Program-made: the position numbers and the translations under genes | Origin: a virus | Lineage: Duplodnaviria; Heunggongvirae; Uroviricota; Caudoviricetes | Virus record (IMG/VR): IMGVR_UViG_2671180724_000008 | Direction: 5' to 3' (one strand) | DNA length: 64,000 nucleotides | The notes under the pieces: generated by a model | Databases searched by the model: none | Seen by the model: the letters and a program-made list of their open reading frames with translations, nothing else | Told to the model about the DNA's origin: nothing | In this document: piece after piece, positions 28,701-37,723 of the stretch | Layout: the number at the start of each line of letters is the position of its first letter | Position numbering within the stretch: position 1 is the first letter of the stretch

Positions 28701-30362
28701 TCAGCTAACGCCTCGCAGCGTACGGCCAAGAAGGAACAGGCAGCGCAACAGAAACTGGCAGCCGGATACCAGAAGGCTCTGGACAAAGCCGATCAGCTTA
28801 TGGGGCAAATGGGTGAAAGCTCTAAGGCTACGGTATCGTTTGATCAGTCTCTTCGCGATACAACGAAATCGCTGACAGATTTGGCTAATGCGGTTCCTAA
28901 CGAGTTCATCACTCAAGAGATGATCGACAAGGCGAAAAAACGTCTTGAAGACCTCAAAAATGCGACACCTGAATATCGTGAGATGTTTAATCGCCGCAAT
29001 GTTGAGCAGATGATCTCCACTTGGGCACCGGAGGCGGATTCCATTATTAGTGCTGGCTATACGCCGTCTCGCGAAGAGAAAGTTGCTGATTTCGAAGACA
29101 CCTACAACCGCAATCTCAAAGCGTTGATAGAACTTCGTGATAAGGCGTCTGATCCTAAAGTTGTGGCGCTTTATACAAAGAAAATCAATCAACTGATTGC
29201 TGCTGGCAATACCGCGCTTATTAAAGAGACGGGGACTGCGACGCAGAAGTTGGCACTGGAATACGAAAACTTGGCAGAGCAGATCGAAAGCACCTGGACT
29301 GATTTGTTTAGTGGCTTAACTGATGTCCTGACTGATTTCGTTATTAACGGGAAGATGAGCTTCTCCAGCCTATCTCAGTCCATTTTGAAAGATATCACCA
29401 ATATGGTCGTGAAGTCGCAAATCACGCTGCCTCTAATGAACATGTTGGGGATGGGAACCACCGCAGCTGGTAGTTCACAGAGTGGCAATTTGCTCACTGG
29501 AGTTGCTTCTGCCGTTGCCAATCAAGGTGTACGAATGGGCAACACTGTTAATGGCGACAAGTCGGTAGGAGAAGCCACGAAGGAGACGTCCAGTTCGGTA
29601 ACTGGATTGGGGCAAACAACACAGCAGACCACCAGCGCAATTGGCACAGCAACAAATGCGATTGGTAGCTGGGTATCGGGGCTATTTGATAGCACCGAAG
29701 CCAAAGATGCTGAGACAAAAGCAGTGAAGGACTCCATCTTCTCGATGCAGAACCTCAGCTCTGTTACCGGCGCTCTGTCTGCCGCGTTTGCAATGCTTGG
29801 AGCTAATGCTTCCGGCTCTGGTAATAAGTGGTTGAATTTCGGCGCGACAGTTGCATCTGGTTTGGTTTCAGTATGGGCTGGTGGTGGATTCGATGGATTG
29901 ATGTCCGGTTCTTCTGGCTCAACTTCCGGGTTCAACAATCTGACCAGTTCTGCTGCCGATGGCACGAATGGTATTCCTGCAATTCCGAAGTTTGCAAATG
30001 GTGGCATATTCGGAAAAGACGGCGTGATCCCGCTCCGGGCATACCAGAAAGGCGGTATCGCCAACTCACCTCAATTGGCGTTGTTTGGGGAAGGCGATAT
30101 GAATGAGGCGTATGTTCCATTGCCTGATGGTCGAACAATCCCTGTAACGCTCAGTACCGATGGTATGAGTGGAGGAGGAAATGTTCTTTCTCCGGTATCA
30201 ATTGAGATCAACGTCCATAGTGACGGTAGCACAACTGAATCCGGCGATACAGAAAGCATATGGAACAATGCCGCTCAACGGATGAAAGCAATCGCGCTTG
30301 AGACTATCGCTCAAGAGAAACGCCCTGGCGGATCACTCAACCCAAACACTCAACGTAACTAA
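25770..30362 (+). CDS. Tail tape measure protein
   Basis: 1530 aa, coiled-coil and Gly/Ala-rich hydrophobic segments, position. Confidence 0.9.
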   Translation: MAEDDKGMSQNVEFILSLEDKQFTASIDRAGKLLTRFGEQVTKPAQKIQTFERSLGSVARIIGVLESKLDSTADKLQDVAAGFELASDATRKMRGNITSLNSGLKALIERVDTTTSSVDKLTASLRKVQSELNDFSDWATYASKSASRFGTEVKEASASVSGMNTRLNTTTKRLSNWGVTTSQAAEGLKKVREQMDEVIGRQQLISKPVRVRTSGSGDGGSGRRSGASGHSGKSNEGGMFSGLRGNIFLLGEIGDAARTVTDIMFGWQKPIVEAAAEMERMRVMLRGLNKEKSNPGQAAADDMKYIVDMAQNAPFAMQALTDSFVKFRSAGLDPTDGSLKALVDSVARFGGDSELLKRAAVAVQQMSGKGVVSMEELRQQLGEAVPNAMQAMADAAGITMGELTKAVASGTVEAKQALSLMFVGLRAENENAAKDMMQTYTGALAQLQTSFTLFADRVGQAGYLDSLSKGMKELASIMNSAEGISFANSLGSGLTTAIDGLRQLAQWLAKNQELVINLGKVVAAMVAFKLMRAGIMGVVGAGSQMVSTFATMATAIQTPFNLGATAVTRFNRAARMGLAPIPSLIFAIRGAITGLKGAFAGLTAFIAANPIGAAFTVATVAVAGLITYMTMLRSETSKVVDEIRKIPEAMTAAKRAQMADRAEKLEKQILADQRALKTGEGVNYVSNSAGVITHKESKADIEARLKKNQEEYQKITGTIALGDGAVAKRLAKEAAESQIEKIRAENQIFAATFVKARQEALDKIQKINDDGSLSDDEKNKLLAPLRETVNKSYLEPAQKLVDSLSSRKNATEKQIATLNDQLEKAKKDGNTEQIQKLQGSIRGYQEHLEAVAQELTQAEFERDNAAKTGKGVMSNQGTVLGLGTTDKAAQKALAQYMRNQMDSATYQRTLPDGTPMMDFEGKPIIGPKQLKTQLNLQKASSASSLEKMSDEERAAAIAALTKAREQDAAAAEKAAQRSANASQRTAKKEQAAQQKLAAGYQKALDKADQLMGQMGESSKATVSFDQSLRDTTKSLTDLANAVPNEFITQEMIDKAKKRLEDLKNATPEYREMFNRRNVEQMISTWAPEADSIISAGYTPSREEKVADFEDTYNRNLKALIELRDKASDPKVVALYTKKINQLIAAGNTALIKETGTATQKLALEYENLAEQIESTWTDLFSGLTDVLTDFVINGKMSFSSLSQSILKDITNMVVKSQITLPLMNMLGMGTTAAGSSQSGNLLTGVASAVANQGVRMGNTVNGDKSVGEATKETSSSVTGLGQTTQQTTSAIGTATNAIGSWVSGLFDSTEAKDAETKAVKDSIFSMQNLSSVTGALSAAFAMLGANASGSGNKWLNFGATVASGLVSVWAGGGFDGLMSGSSGSTSGFNNLTSSAADGTNGIPAIPKFANGGIFGKDGVIPLRAYQKGGIANSPQLALFGEGDMNEAYVPLPDGRTIPVTLSTDGMSGGGNVLSPVSIEINVHSDGSTTESGDTESIWNNAAQRMKAIALETIAQEKRPGGSLNPNTQRN

Positions 30363-30404
30363 CTATCGACTGCCCCGACCGGGGCAGTCTCACAAGGATG
30401 TGAG

Positions 30405-30740
30405 ATGGAAAGACAAACGTTTAATTGGTATCCAGATTACGAATCTGAAAAAAGCGTAAAACCGAATGTAACGGTACTTAATTTTGGTGATGACTACGAG
30501 CAGCGACAGGCTCAAGGTCTTAATCGTATTAAAGAAGAATGGTCGTTAACCTTTACCAGATCATACAACGAAATTAATGCAATCGATGACTTCCTGACTG
30601 AGCGAGCAGGCGTTGAGTCGTTCTATTGGGTTAATCCAAGAGGAAAACGGATTGTAGTTGTATGTGACAGTCATACGGTCAAGCGATATCAGGGGTACGC
30701 AGTATTAACCGCTCCATTCAGACAAGTATTTGAGGCTTAA
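30405..30740 (+). CDS. Minor tail protein (lambda gpM-like)
   Basis: 111 aa, first gene after tape measure in an M-L-K-I-J order. Confidence 0.7.
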   Translation: MERQTFNWYPDYESEKSVKPNVTVLNFGDDYEQRQAQGLNRIKEEWSLTFTRSYNEINAIDDFLTERAGVESFYWVNPRGKRIVVVCDSHTVKRYQGYAVLTAPFRQVFEA

Positions 30741-30822
30741 GTATCTGGATAAGTAAGTACTAATTTACTATCATTGTGGCGCTGACAGGATGTTAGCGCC
30801 TACTTATTTCAAGGATGAAACA

Positions 30823-31521
30823 ATGGGAATTAAAGCTGATATTCAGAGCTTATCTCCCTCTGCACTCATTGAGTTGTTCGTACTGGATATGTCGAACACA
30901 ACTTCAGGGGGGAAGCTATTCTTCCACGCCGGAACAAACGAACTGATGCAACCGGTCGTCTGGCAAGGAGTGACATACGAGCCGTGGCCAATCAAAGCAT
31001 CAGGCTTTGACAAAACTGGCCAGGGAACGTTGCCACGTCCAAAAATTCAGGTATCGAACTTTGCCGGAACCGTCTCTGCGGAAGTTCAGGCAAACGACGA
31101 TCTTGTTGGCTGCCGCATTATTCGCAAGATGACGCTGGCTCGCTTCCTCGATGCCGTTAATTTTAAAGACGGCAACCCAACAGCAGATCCAAACCAACAT
31201 TTCCCGGATGAAATGTGGTTTATCGAACAGAAAACTCTCGAAACTCATCAGGTTGTCGAGTTTGAATTGTCCAGTGTGTTCGATTTGATGGGGGTGCAAC
31301 TGCCGTATCGTCAGATCATTAAAAACACCTGCCCGTGGAAATACCGAGGGCCAGAATGCGGCTATACCGGTCCATATTTCGACAAAAATAACCAGCAGAC
31401 GTCTATGTCTGGTGCGGATTACTGCACAAAACGTTATGACGCCTGTAATGCGCGTCGGAATTATTTTGCCGACGGTGTGATCCATTTTGGCGGATTTATT
31501 GGAGCTACGCGGTATGGGTAA
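30823..31521 (+). CDS. Minor tail protein (lambda gpL-like)
   Basis: C-terminal Cys cluster CPWKYRGPECGY...C...C as in gpL; aagga RBS. Confidence 0.75.
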   Translation: MGIKADIQSLSPSALIELFVLDMSNTTSGGKLFFHAGTNELMQPVVWQGVTYEPWPIKASGFDKTGQGTLPRPKIQVSNFAGTVSAEVQANDDLVGCRIIRKMTLARFLDAVNFKDGNPTADPNQHFPDEMWFIEQKTLETHQVVEFELSSVFDLMGVQLPYRQIIKNTCPWKYRGPECGYTGPYFDKNNQQTSMSGADYCTKRYDACNARRNYFADGVIHFGGFIGATRYG

Positions 31522-32311
31522 TAAAGCAATCCCTGAGCTTGGCTCTGACGTTATGCAGCAAATCTATCTCTGCGCCATAAATCGCTACCCTAATGAAGCG
31601 TGTGGCTTTCTGGTTAGAACTAATGGCGACAAATATCGCTTTATGGAAGCGCGGAATGTTTCGGAGAACCCGCAGAACACTTTTGTAATGCACGTTGACG
31701 ACATTATGGCGGCAGAGGATGCGGGTGATGTTATCGCAATCTGGCATTCACATACTGATGAATCAGCAGAAGCATCTGATGCCGATCGTGCAGGCTGCGA
31801 AGCGACGGAAGTTCCGTGGATGATTCTGGCTATTCGCAAGAATGTTGAGGGAGATGCCCCTTTCCATTTTAGCGAGATGAATGTGATCACTCCTGATGGT
31901 TTCGAAATGCCATACCTGGGCAGACCGTATGTATTTGGCGTATTCGATTGCTGGATGTTGTGTCGGGACTATTTGAAGCGTGAGTTTAACGTCGAACTAA
32001 ACCCGAACGCACACCTGCATATTCCATCATGGTACACCGGCGATAACGACATTCTCGACCAGAACTACCGAAACGAAGGATTGGTACGGCTTGCACCCGG
32101 AACAGAGCCTCAACGTGGGGACATCTTCTTTATCCAATACGGGAAAATGCCTGACCACTGCGCGGTTTATATCGGTGATGGAATGATTCTTCATCACCAG
32201 ATCGACCGCCTTAGTTGTCGTGCTTATTACGGCGGGATGTATCAGAAACATACGACGCATCACTTGCGTCACAAAGACTTGCTCAAGGGAGATGAGACGT
32301 GTCTGAGTTAG
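31514..32311 (+). CDS. Tail assembly protein (lambda gpK-like; JAB/MPN + NlpC/P60)
   Basis: JAMM motif HSHTDESAEASDAD and NlpC/P60-type Cys in FDCWMLCRDY. Confidence 0.85.
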   Translation: MGNKAIPELGSDVMQQIYLCAINRYPNEACGFLVRTNGDKYRFMEARNVSENPQNTFVMHVDDIMAAEDAGDVIAIWHSHTDESAEASDADRAGCEATEVPWMILAIRKNVEGDAPFHFSEMNVITPDGFEMPYLGRPYVFGVFDCWMLCRDYLKREFNVELNPNAHLHIPSWYTGDNDILDQNYRNEGLVRLAPGTEPQRGDIFFIQYGKMPDHCAVYIGDGMILHHQIDRLSCRAYYGGMYQKHTTHHLRHKDLLKGDETCLS

Positions 32312-32889
32312 TTCATGTGCAGCTTGGCGGCCCTATGGCCAAACATTTTGGCCGCCACTGGCATCTAAAGGTGCGCAATACAAAACAGGCTCTGGATTTA
32401 ATTGAGGCCAACAAGCCTGGGTTTAAAGCATGGATGAAGCGCAATATCAAAACCTATGACAGATACCACATCCAGATCACCAATAAACAGGGCCACAAGT
32501 GGTCTGTGGACGAGAGTGAATATCAGATGATGGGGCAGTCTGACAATATTGCAAAAATCCGCATTACCCCTGTTCCGCGAGGAAGTGGTGGATCTGCTTT
32601 TGGATGGTTTCAGACGGTTGTTGGAGCAGTATTAATGGTTGCCTCGATATGGGTGCCCGCTCTTGCGCCTCTCGGTTTGTCACTGATGATGGGCGGTATA
32701 GCGCAAATCATATCTCCGCAAGCCACTAACGAAAGTGTGAGGCAGGCGGATAACTCGAACTCTTATTACTTTGATGGACCTCAAAACACAACAAACCAGG
32801 GGAACCCTGTACAGCTTATCTATGGCGAGGAAATTTTAGTTGGCTCACAGGTCGTGAGTTCTTCTATCACCATCGACCAGCTTATGTAA
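32299..32889 (+). CDS. Tail assembly protein (lambda gpI-like)
   Basis: 196 aa, hydrophobic Gly-rich central segment, position before J. Confidence 0.7.
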   Translation: MSELVHVQLGGPMAKHFGRHWHLKVRNTKQALDLIEANKPGFKAWMKRNIKTYDRYHIQITNKQGHKWSVDESEYQMMGQSDNIAKIRITPVPRGSGGSAFGWFQTVVGAVLMVASIWVPALAPLGLSLMMGGIAQIISPQATNESVRQADNSNSYYFDGPQNTTNQGNPVQLIYGEEILVGSQVVSSSITIDQLM

Positions 32890-32900
32890 TCAAGGATTTT

Positions 32901-35900
32901 TTGGACATGGAACAGTTCAAGAAGAAAAAATTACCGCTTCTTATTGCCGGTGCTGGTGGCAAGAAAAGTAAAAGCTCCAGCCGTACACCGGTTGAAGCTG
33001 ATGATACTGTCAATTCTCGTGCTATGGCAGCCATCCTCGACCTTCTTGGCGAGGGGGTTATCGGTGGCCTGGTAAATGGCGCAAAGTCGATCTTCATCGA
33101 CGATTTACCGATCTTGAATGAAGATGGCTCTTCCAACTTCAGCGGTATTACATGGGATTTTCGTGACGGCTCACAAGACCAGACGCCAATGGCTGGTTTT
33201 GATTTTGTTGAAACGCCTAAGTCCGTAAATATTCAGCTTAAAAAAACACACGACGTTACGGTTTCAATCGATAACGATGAAGCTGATCGCGTTCGTGTCA
33301 TCATGAAATTCCCCTCTTTACGTAGCGTTGATAAAAGCTCTGGCGATACAAATGGCACTACGGTGAAGTACAAATTCCAGATCGCCAACGGAGACGCAAC
33401 ATTTTCTGATGTAGTGGCAGAAGGTGAGAAAAGCGTTGATATCACGCTAACGGCAAAGAAAACCGGCGTGTATTACCGTAGCTATGAGCTGAAACTGCCT
33501 AAGCCTGGTCGTGCATACAAGGTTAGGGTAATTCGTCTTACAGATGATAACAGTAGCCAGTACCTCTACAACGACACATGGGTTGATTCCATAGGTGAGA
33601 TTGTAGATACACCCATGAACTACCCTAATTCTGCACTTGTTGGCTTAAAGGTCAATTCAGAGCAGTTTGGTAGCACAATGCCTTCCCGTTCGTATTTGGT
33701 GCGCGGTATCAAAATTCGAGTACCGTCAAACTACAACGAATACACCAATACTTATGTCGGCGTATGGGACGGTACTTTTAAGCTGTTGTCTTCTTCAAAC
33801 CCTGCGTGGATTCTCTACGATTTGCTTACCAATACTCGGTATGGTCTTGGGCAATTTGTGTCGGAATCCATGATTGACCTCGGCCAGCTCTACCAGATTG
33901 GTCGATATTGTGACGAAGAGGTCGATGATGGCTTTGGGGGTAAAGAGAAACGCTTTGCAATCAATACGCAGATCACTAGTCGACAAGACGCATACCGATT
34001 AATTCAGGATATTGCCGGTGCATTCCGCGGCATGGTGTTTTGGGCTGGTGGCATGGTTAACATCATGCAGGATAGCCCATCAGATCCGGTAATGATGTTT
34101 ACCAACTCCAACGTCAAAGATGGGCTGTTTACCTATAAAGGTTCTGCGCGTAAAGATCGCCCATCCGTTGCGCTCGTAACCTACAACAACAAGGAGGACG
34201 GTTATAAGCAAAACATCGAGTACGTTGAAGATCAGGACGCAATGCGCCGTTATGGTGAGCGTAAAACAGAAGTCGTAGCATTTGGATGTACAAGCCGAGG
34301 CCAGGCTCACCGAGTTGGTTTGTGGCTTTTGTATACCGCCAGAATGGAGTCGGATGTAATTACATTTACTGCCGGCTTAGACGCCTCATTTCTGATGCCC
34401 GGTGAAACCGTTCTGATTCAGAACAAATATCGTGCAGGTAAACGTAACTCCGGTCGAATTGTGGAGTTTACCAAAAACAGCATCACTCTCGATGCGCCTG
34501 TGTCGTTAGCTAAAAGCGGCAGCTTTATTCGGATATTGAATCAGGAAGGCAAAATCGTTGAACGCGATGTTCTTGAAACTGGCGAAAACATAACAAAGGT
34601 TACGTTTTCAAAAGCCCTGTCGTCAGCGGAAACGCCTGTTTTGAACGGTGTCTGGACAATTACAGAACCAGATCTCGAACCTATGCGCGTTCGCATCGTT
34701 AACATCGCGCAGGGGGAAACGCCGGGTAGCTTTGACATCACCGCTGTTGAGAACAATCCGTCTAAATATGAGGCAATCGACAATGGTGCAACGCTTATCC
34801 CGCAGAATACGACGGTATTGGACCCGACTTACTCCAAGCCATCTAATTTGCAAATCACTGAAGGGACTTATCTCTCAAGCCCGGGAAACCTGTCAGTAAA
34901 ACTGACTGCAACATGGGAAGGGAAATCTCCAGAGTATTGGATCAGTTGGCGACGTTCTGATGAAAACAATGTATCGAACTGGCAATCGGCGCGTGTAACC
35001 GAAGAGCAATACGAAATCGTTAATGTCGCGGAGAATGGACGCTACGACTTCCAACTGTATGCGGTTTCATTCAACGGTAAAAAAACAGAAATTATCAGTA
35101 CCGTTTATCAGGTGCTGGGCACAATGACACCGCCGGATGCACCAACGTCATTAACGGCCGTTGGAGACTATCGTAATGTGATACTAAATTGGGTTAATCC
35201 AGATTCGGTAGACCTTGATCACATTAATGTTTACGCATCCCAGACCAACAATCTGGATACGGCGAAACTGATCGCGGAGTCTGCAAGCACCACCTTTACA
35301 CATGCTGGTCTTGGGGATAGTGAAACGTGGTATTACTGGGTTCGAGCATCGAACAAGCGCGGCATGTTAAGTCCTCCGAACTCAAACTTGGGTACAGAGG
35401 CGACAACTCGCGATGTACTGTCGTTCCTGGAAGGTAAGATTACATCGTCTGAGCTTGGTCAGGCTCTGCTTGAGGACATCCACAGCAAAGCCTCTCAAGA
35501 AGCAGTTGACGAGTTAAATGAGCATATCAACCAGAGCGTCGAATCTTTGGAGGGGGCGGTAAACGACGTTAAGGAAGATATAGCTGAATTAGATAAGCAG
35601 TTCAGCGATAACCTCGCGGATTTTGAAATAAAATTCAACGAGCGTAGCGATGCTTTGGAGAACGCACAAACCGAGCTTAAAGGTGAGGTTTCGGCAACGA
35701 TCGACAAGGTCAATGAAGCGTTTGAAAAAATTGGTGCTACTGATGCTGCAATTGTTGAAATCGAAAACACCGTATCTGAACACGATAAAGCTCTCGCTAA
35801 TACAGTCGAGGCAATAAAGGCTGCAAGAGATGAAGCAGCAGCTCTTATTGCTAAGGAAAGCGAGGCTCGTGTTGAAGGCGATGCTGCAAACGCTAAACAA

Positions 35901-37631
35901 CTGGAAGTGTTGCAGTCAACGGTAGAGGAAAGCTCCGCTGCCGTTGAAGAAATGAAAAAGACGGTTGCAGAGGTCGATCGTGCCAGTGCAGAACTGACTA
36001 CGAACATTGAGGCGTTAGCCAAAACAAATATTGACCTGGCTCTTCGTCAAGATGAAGACCAGCGCAAGCAGATGGTCAATAACGCGAAGATCGCAACAAC
36101 ACAGAAAACCTTTGCTGATGATATGTCTGCAATGGCCACGAAGGTTGAGGAAATTCGCGTAGAAATTGGCGAAGACATTAAGGCCAGTATTCTGGAAGAG
36201 TCCACCGCTCGTGCCGATGGCGATGAAGCGTTGGCAAAGCGTGTCACTCAGCTGCAATCTAAGTTTGAAGGAGATATCAGCGCGGCGATTAGTACAGAGC
36301 AGGAGGCTCGTACATCTGCCGATGAAGCTCTGACGACACAGATCACTCAGCTTGAGTCGAAAGTAAGCAACGATATCGTCGCAGCTATTAAGGAAGAGCA
36401 AGAAGCCCGAGCAACGGAAGATTCGGCTCTGGCAAGCCAGATCACCCAACTTCAGGCAAAGGTTGATGATGATATTTCTGCTGCAATACGTAGTGAGCAG
36501 GAGGCTCGAGCAAGCGGGGACTCTGCATTAGCCAAACAAATAAACCAGCTTCAGTCAAAGGTTGACGGTGATATATCCGCTGCCATCACTCAGGAGCAGG
36601 AGGCCAGGGCAAGTGCTGACCAGGCGCTCTCACGAGAAATTAACAGCCTGCGAGCACAGACCGGAACTGATATTGCCGCAGCGGTTGCTGTAGAGACAAA
36701 GGCAAGGACTGATGCCGATAGTGCATTGTCCACTCAGATTACGTCTCTTACAGCAAAAGCTAATGATCTCGAGGCATCTCTTGCCAGAGAAACAACGGCT
36801 CGTGCAGATGGTGATACCGCTTTAACAAAAGAGGTTTCAAGTTTAAAAGCACAGACTGCGAAAGATATTAGTGCGGCCGTTGCAGTTGAAACGCAGGCTC
36901 GAACTGATGCTGACTCGGCGTTGTCATCTCAGATCACCAAGCTGACCTCTCAATACAAAGAGGATATTAAAGCGGCTGTAGCAACCGAAACGAAAACGCG
37001 TACAGAGCAAGATGCGGCACTGGCGACTCAAATCACAAACTTAGAGTCTCAAACAGCAGCCAACATTTCTGCGGCGGTCACAACTGAAACGACAGCGAGA
37101 ACGCAGGCAGATAATGCTCTAAGTGGGCGAATCGATACTCTGAAAGCAGAGGTGGATGGAAATACCGCGACAATTCAACAGCAGGCAACGGCCATTGCTG
37201 ATACCAACAAAAAAGTCTCAACCGCGTGGACGTTGAAAATGGAGACTTCAACGAGCGGAGGGCAGAAGTATGTTGCCGGTATTGCGCTTGGTATCGACAC
37301 CACCGGTCTTTCTCAGTTTTTGGTGCAGGCGGACAGATTTGGTTTGGTCAACTCTGTTAACGGGAAGATCACCACGCCATTTGTTATCGAAAACAGTATC
37401 GCCTATATGAATGGTGCGTATATCAAGGATGGCACAATCACCAATGCAAAAGTAGGCGATCTGCAATCTACCAATTTTGTTAGCGGTAGATCTGGATGGC
37501 GGTTCGGCAAAAATGGAACGCTTGAGATCAACGGTAATAGCGGAGGTAATGGGCGACTGGTCATAAATGGTCAGCGGATTGACGTTTATGACGATAACAA
37601 CGTCCTACGAGTAAGAATTGGCCTTCTGTAA
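32901..37631 (+). CDS. Tail tip/host specificity protein (lambda gpJ-like) with C-terminal tandem coiled-coil repeats
   Basis: 1576 aa; after a ~850-aa N-terminal region, about 12 tandem copies of a ~31-aa unit (DISAAI..EQEAR..AD.AL..QIT.L..KV) span ~35500-37150. Confidence 0.85.
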   Translation: MDMEQFKKKKLPLLIAGAGGKKSKSSSRTPVEADDTVNSRAMAAILDLLGEGVIGGLVNGAKSIFIDDLPILNEDGSSNFSGITWDFRDGSQDQTPMAGFDFVETPKSVNIQLKKTHDVTVSIDNDEADRVRVIMKFPSLRSVDKSSGDTNGTTVKYKFQIANGDATFSDVVAEGEKSVDITLTAKKTGVYYRSYELKLPKPGRAYKVRVIRLTDDNSSQYLYNDTWVDSIGEIVDTPMNYPNSALVGLKVNSEQFGSTMPSRSYLVRGIKIRVPSNYNEYTNTYVGVWDGTFKLLSSSNPAWILYDLLTNTRYGLGQFVSESMIDLGQLYQIGRYCDEEVDDGFGGKEKRFAINTQITSRQDAYRLIQDIAGAFRGMVFWAGGMVNIMQDSPSDPVMMFTNSNVKDGLFTYKGSARKDRPSVALVTYNNKEDGYKQNIEYVEDQDAMRRYGERKTEVVAFGCTSRGQAHRVGLWLLYTARMESDVITFTAGLDASFLMPGETVLIQNKYRAGKRNSGRIVEFTKNSITLDAPVSLAKSGSFIRILNQEGKIVERDVLETGENITKVTFSKALSSAETPVLNGVWTITEPDLEPMRVRIVNIAQGETPGSFDITAVENNPSKYEAIDNGATLIPQNTTVLDPTYSKPSNLQITEGTYLSSPGNLSVKLTATWEGKSPEYWISWRRSDENNVSNWQSARVTEEQYEIVNVAENGRYDFQLYAVSFNGKKTEIISTVYQVLGTMTPPDAPTSLTAVGDYRNVILNWVNPDSVDLDHINVYASQTNNLDTAKLIAESASTTFTHAGLGDSETWYYWVRASNKRGMLSPPNSNLGTEATTRDVLSFLEGKITSSELGQALLEDIHSKASQEAVDELNEHINQSVESLEGAVNDVKEDIAELDKQFSDNLADFEIKFNERSDALENAQTELKGEVSATIDKVNEAFEKIGATDAAIVEIENTVSEHDKALANTVEAIKAARDEAAALIAKESEARVEGDAANAKQLEVLQSTVEESSAAVEEMKKTVAEVDRASAELTTNIEALAKTNIDLALRQDEDQRKQMVNNAKIATTQKTFADDMSAMATKVEEIRVEIGEDIKASILEESTARADGDEALAKRVTQLQSKFEGDISAAISTEQEARTSADEALTTQITQLESKVSNDIVAAIKEEQEARATEDSALASQITQLQAKVDDDISAAIRSEQEARASGDSALAKQINQLQSKVDGDISAAITQEQEARASADQALSREINSLRAQTGTDIAAAVAVETKARTDADSALSTQITSLTAKANDLEASLARETTARADGDTALTKEVSSLKAQTAKDISAAVAVETQARTDADSALSSQITKLTSQYKEDIKAAVATETKTRTEQDAALATQITNLESQTAANISAAVTTETTARTQADNALSGRIDTLKAEVDGNTATIQQQATAIADTNKKVSTAWTLKMETSTSGGQKYVAGIALGIDTTGLSQFLVQADRFGLVNSVNGKITTPFVIENSIAYMNGAYIKDGTITNAKVGDLQSTNFVSGRSGWRFGKNGTLEINGNSGGNGRLVINGQRIDVYDDNNVLRVRIGLL

Positions 37632-37723
37632 TGTAGAAAAAAATATTTACATCGGTAAAAATAAGTATGTACTTACTTAATGGCGGGCAAGGATAGCCCG
37701 CCAAATCAAGGAGCATATTCAAC

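Noticed and set aside
35495-36449. Antisense ORFs 35495-36022 and 36015-36449 inside the J-like gene
   Set aside because: Generated by the repetitive coiled-coil coding sequence; no independent support.
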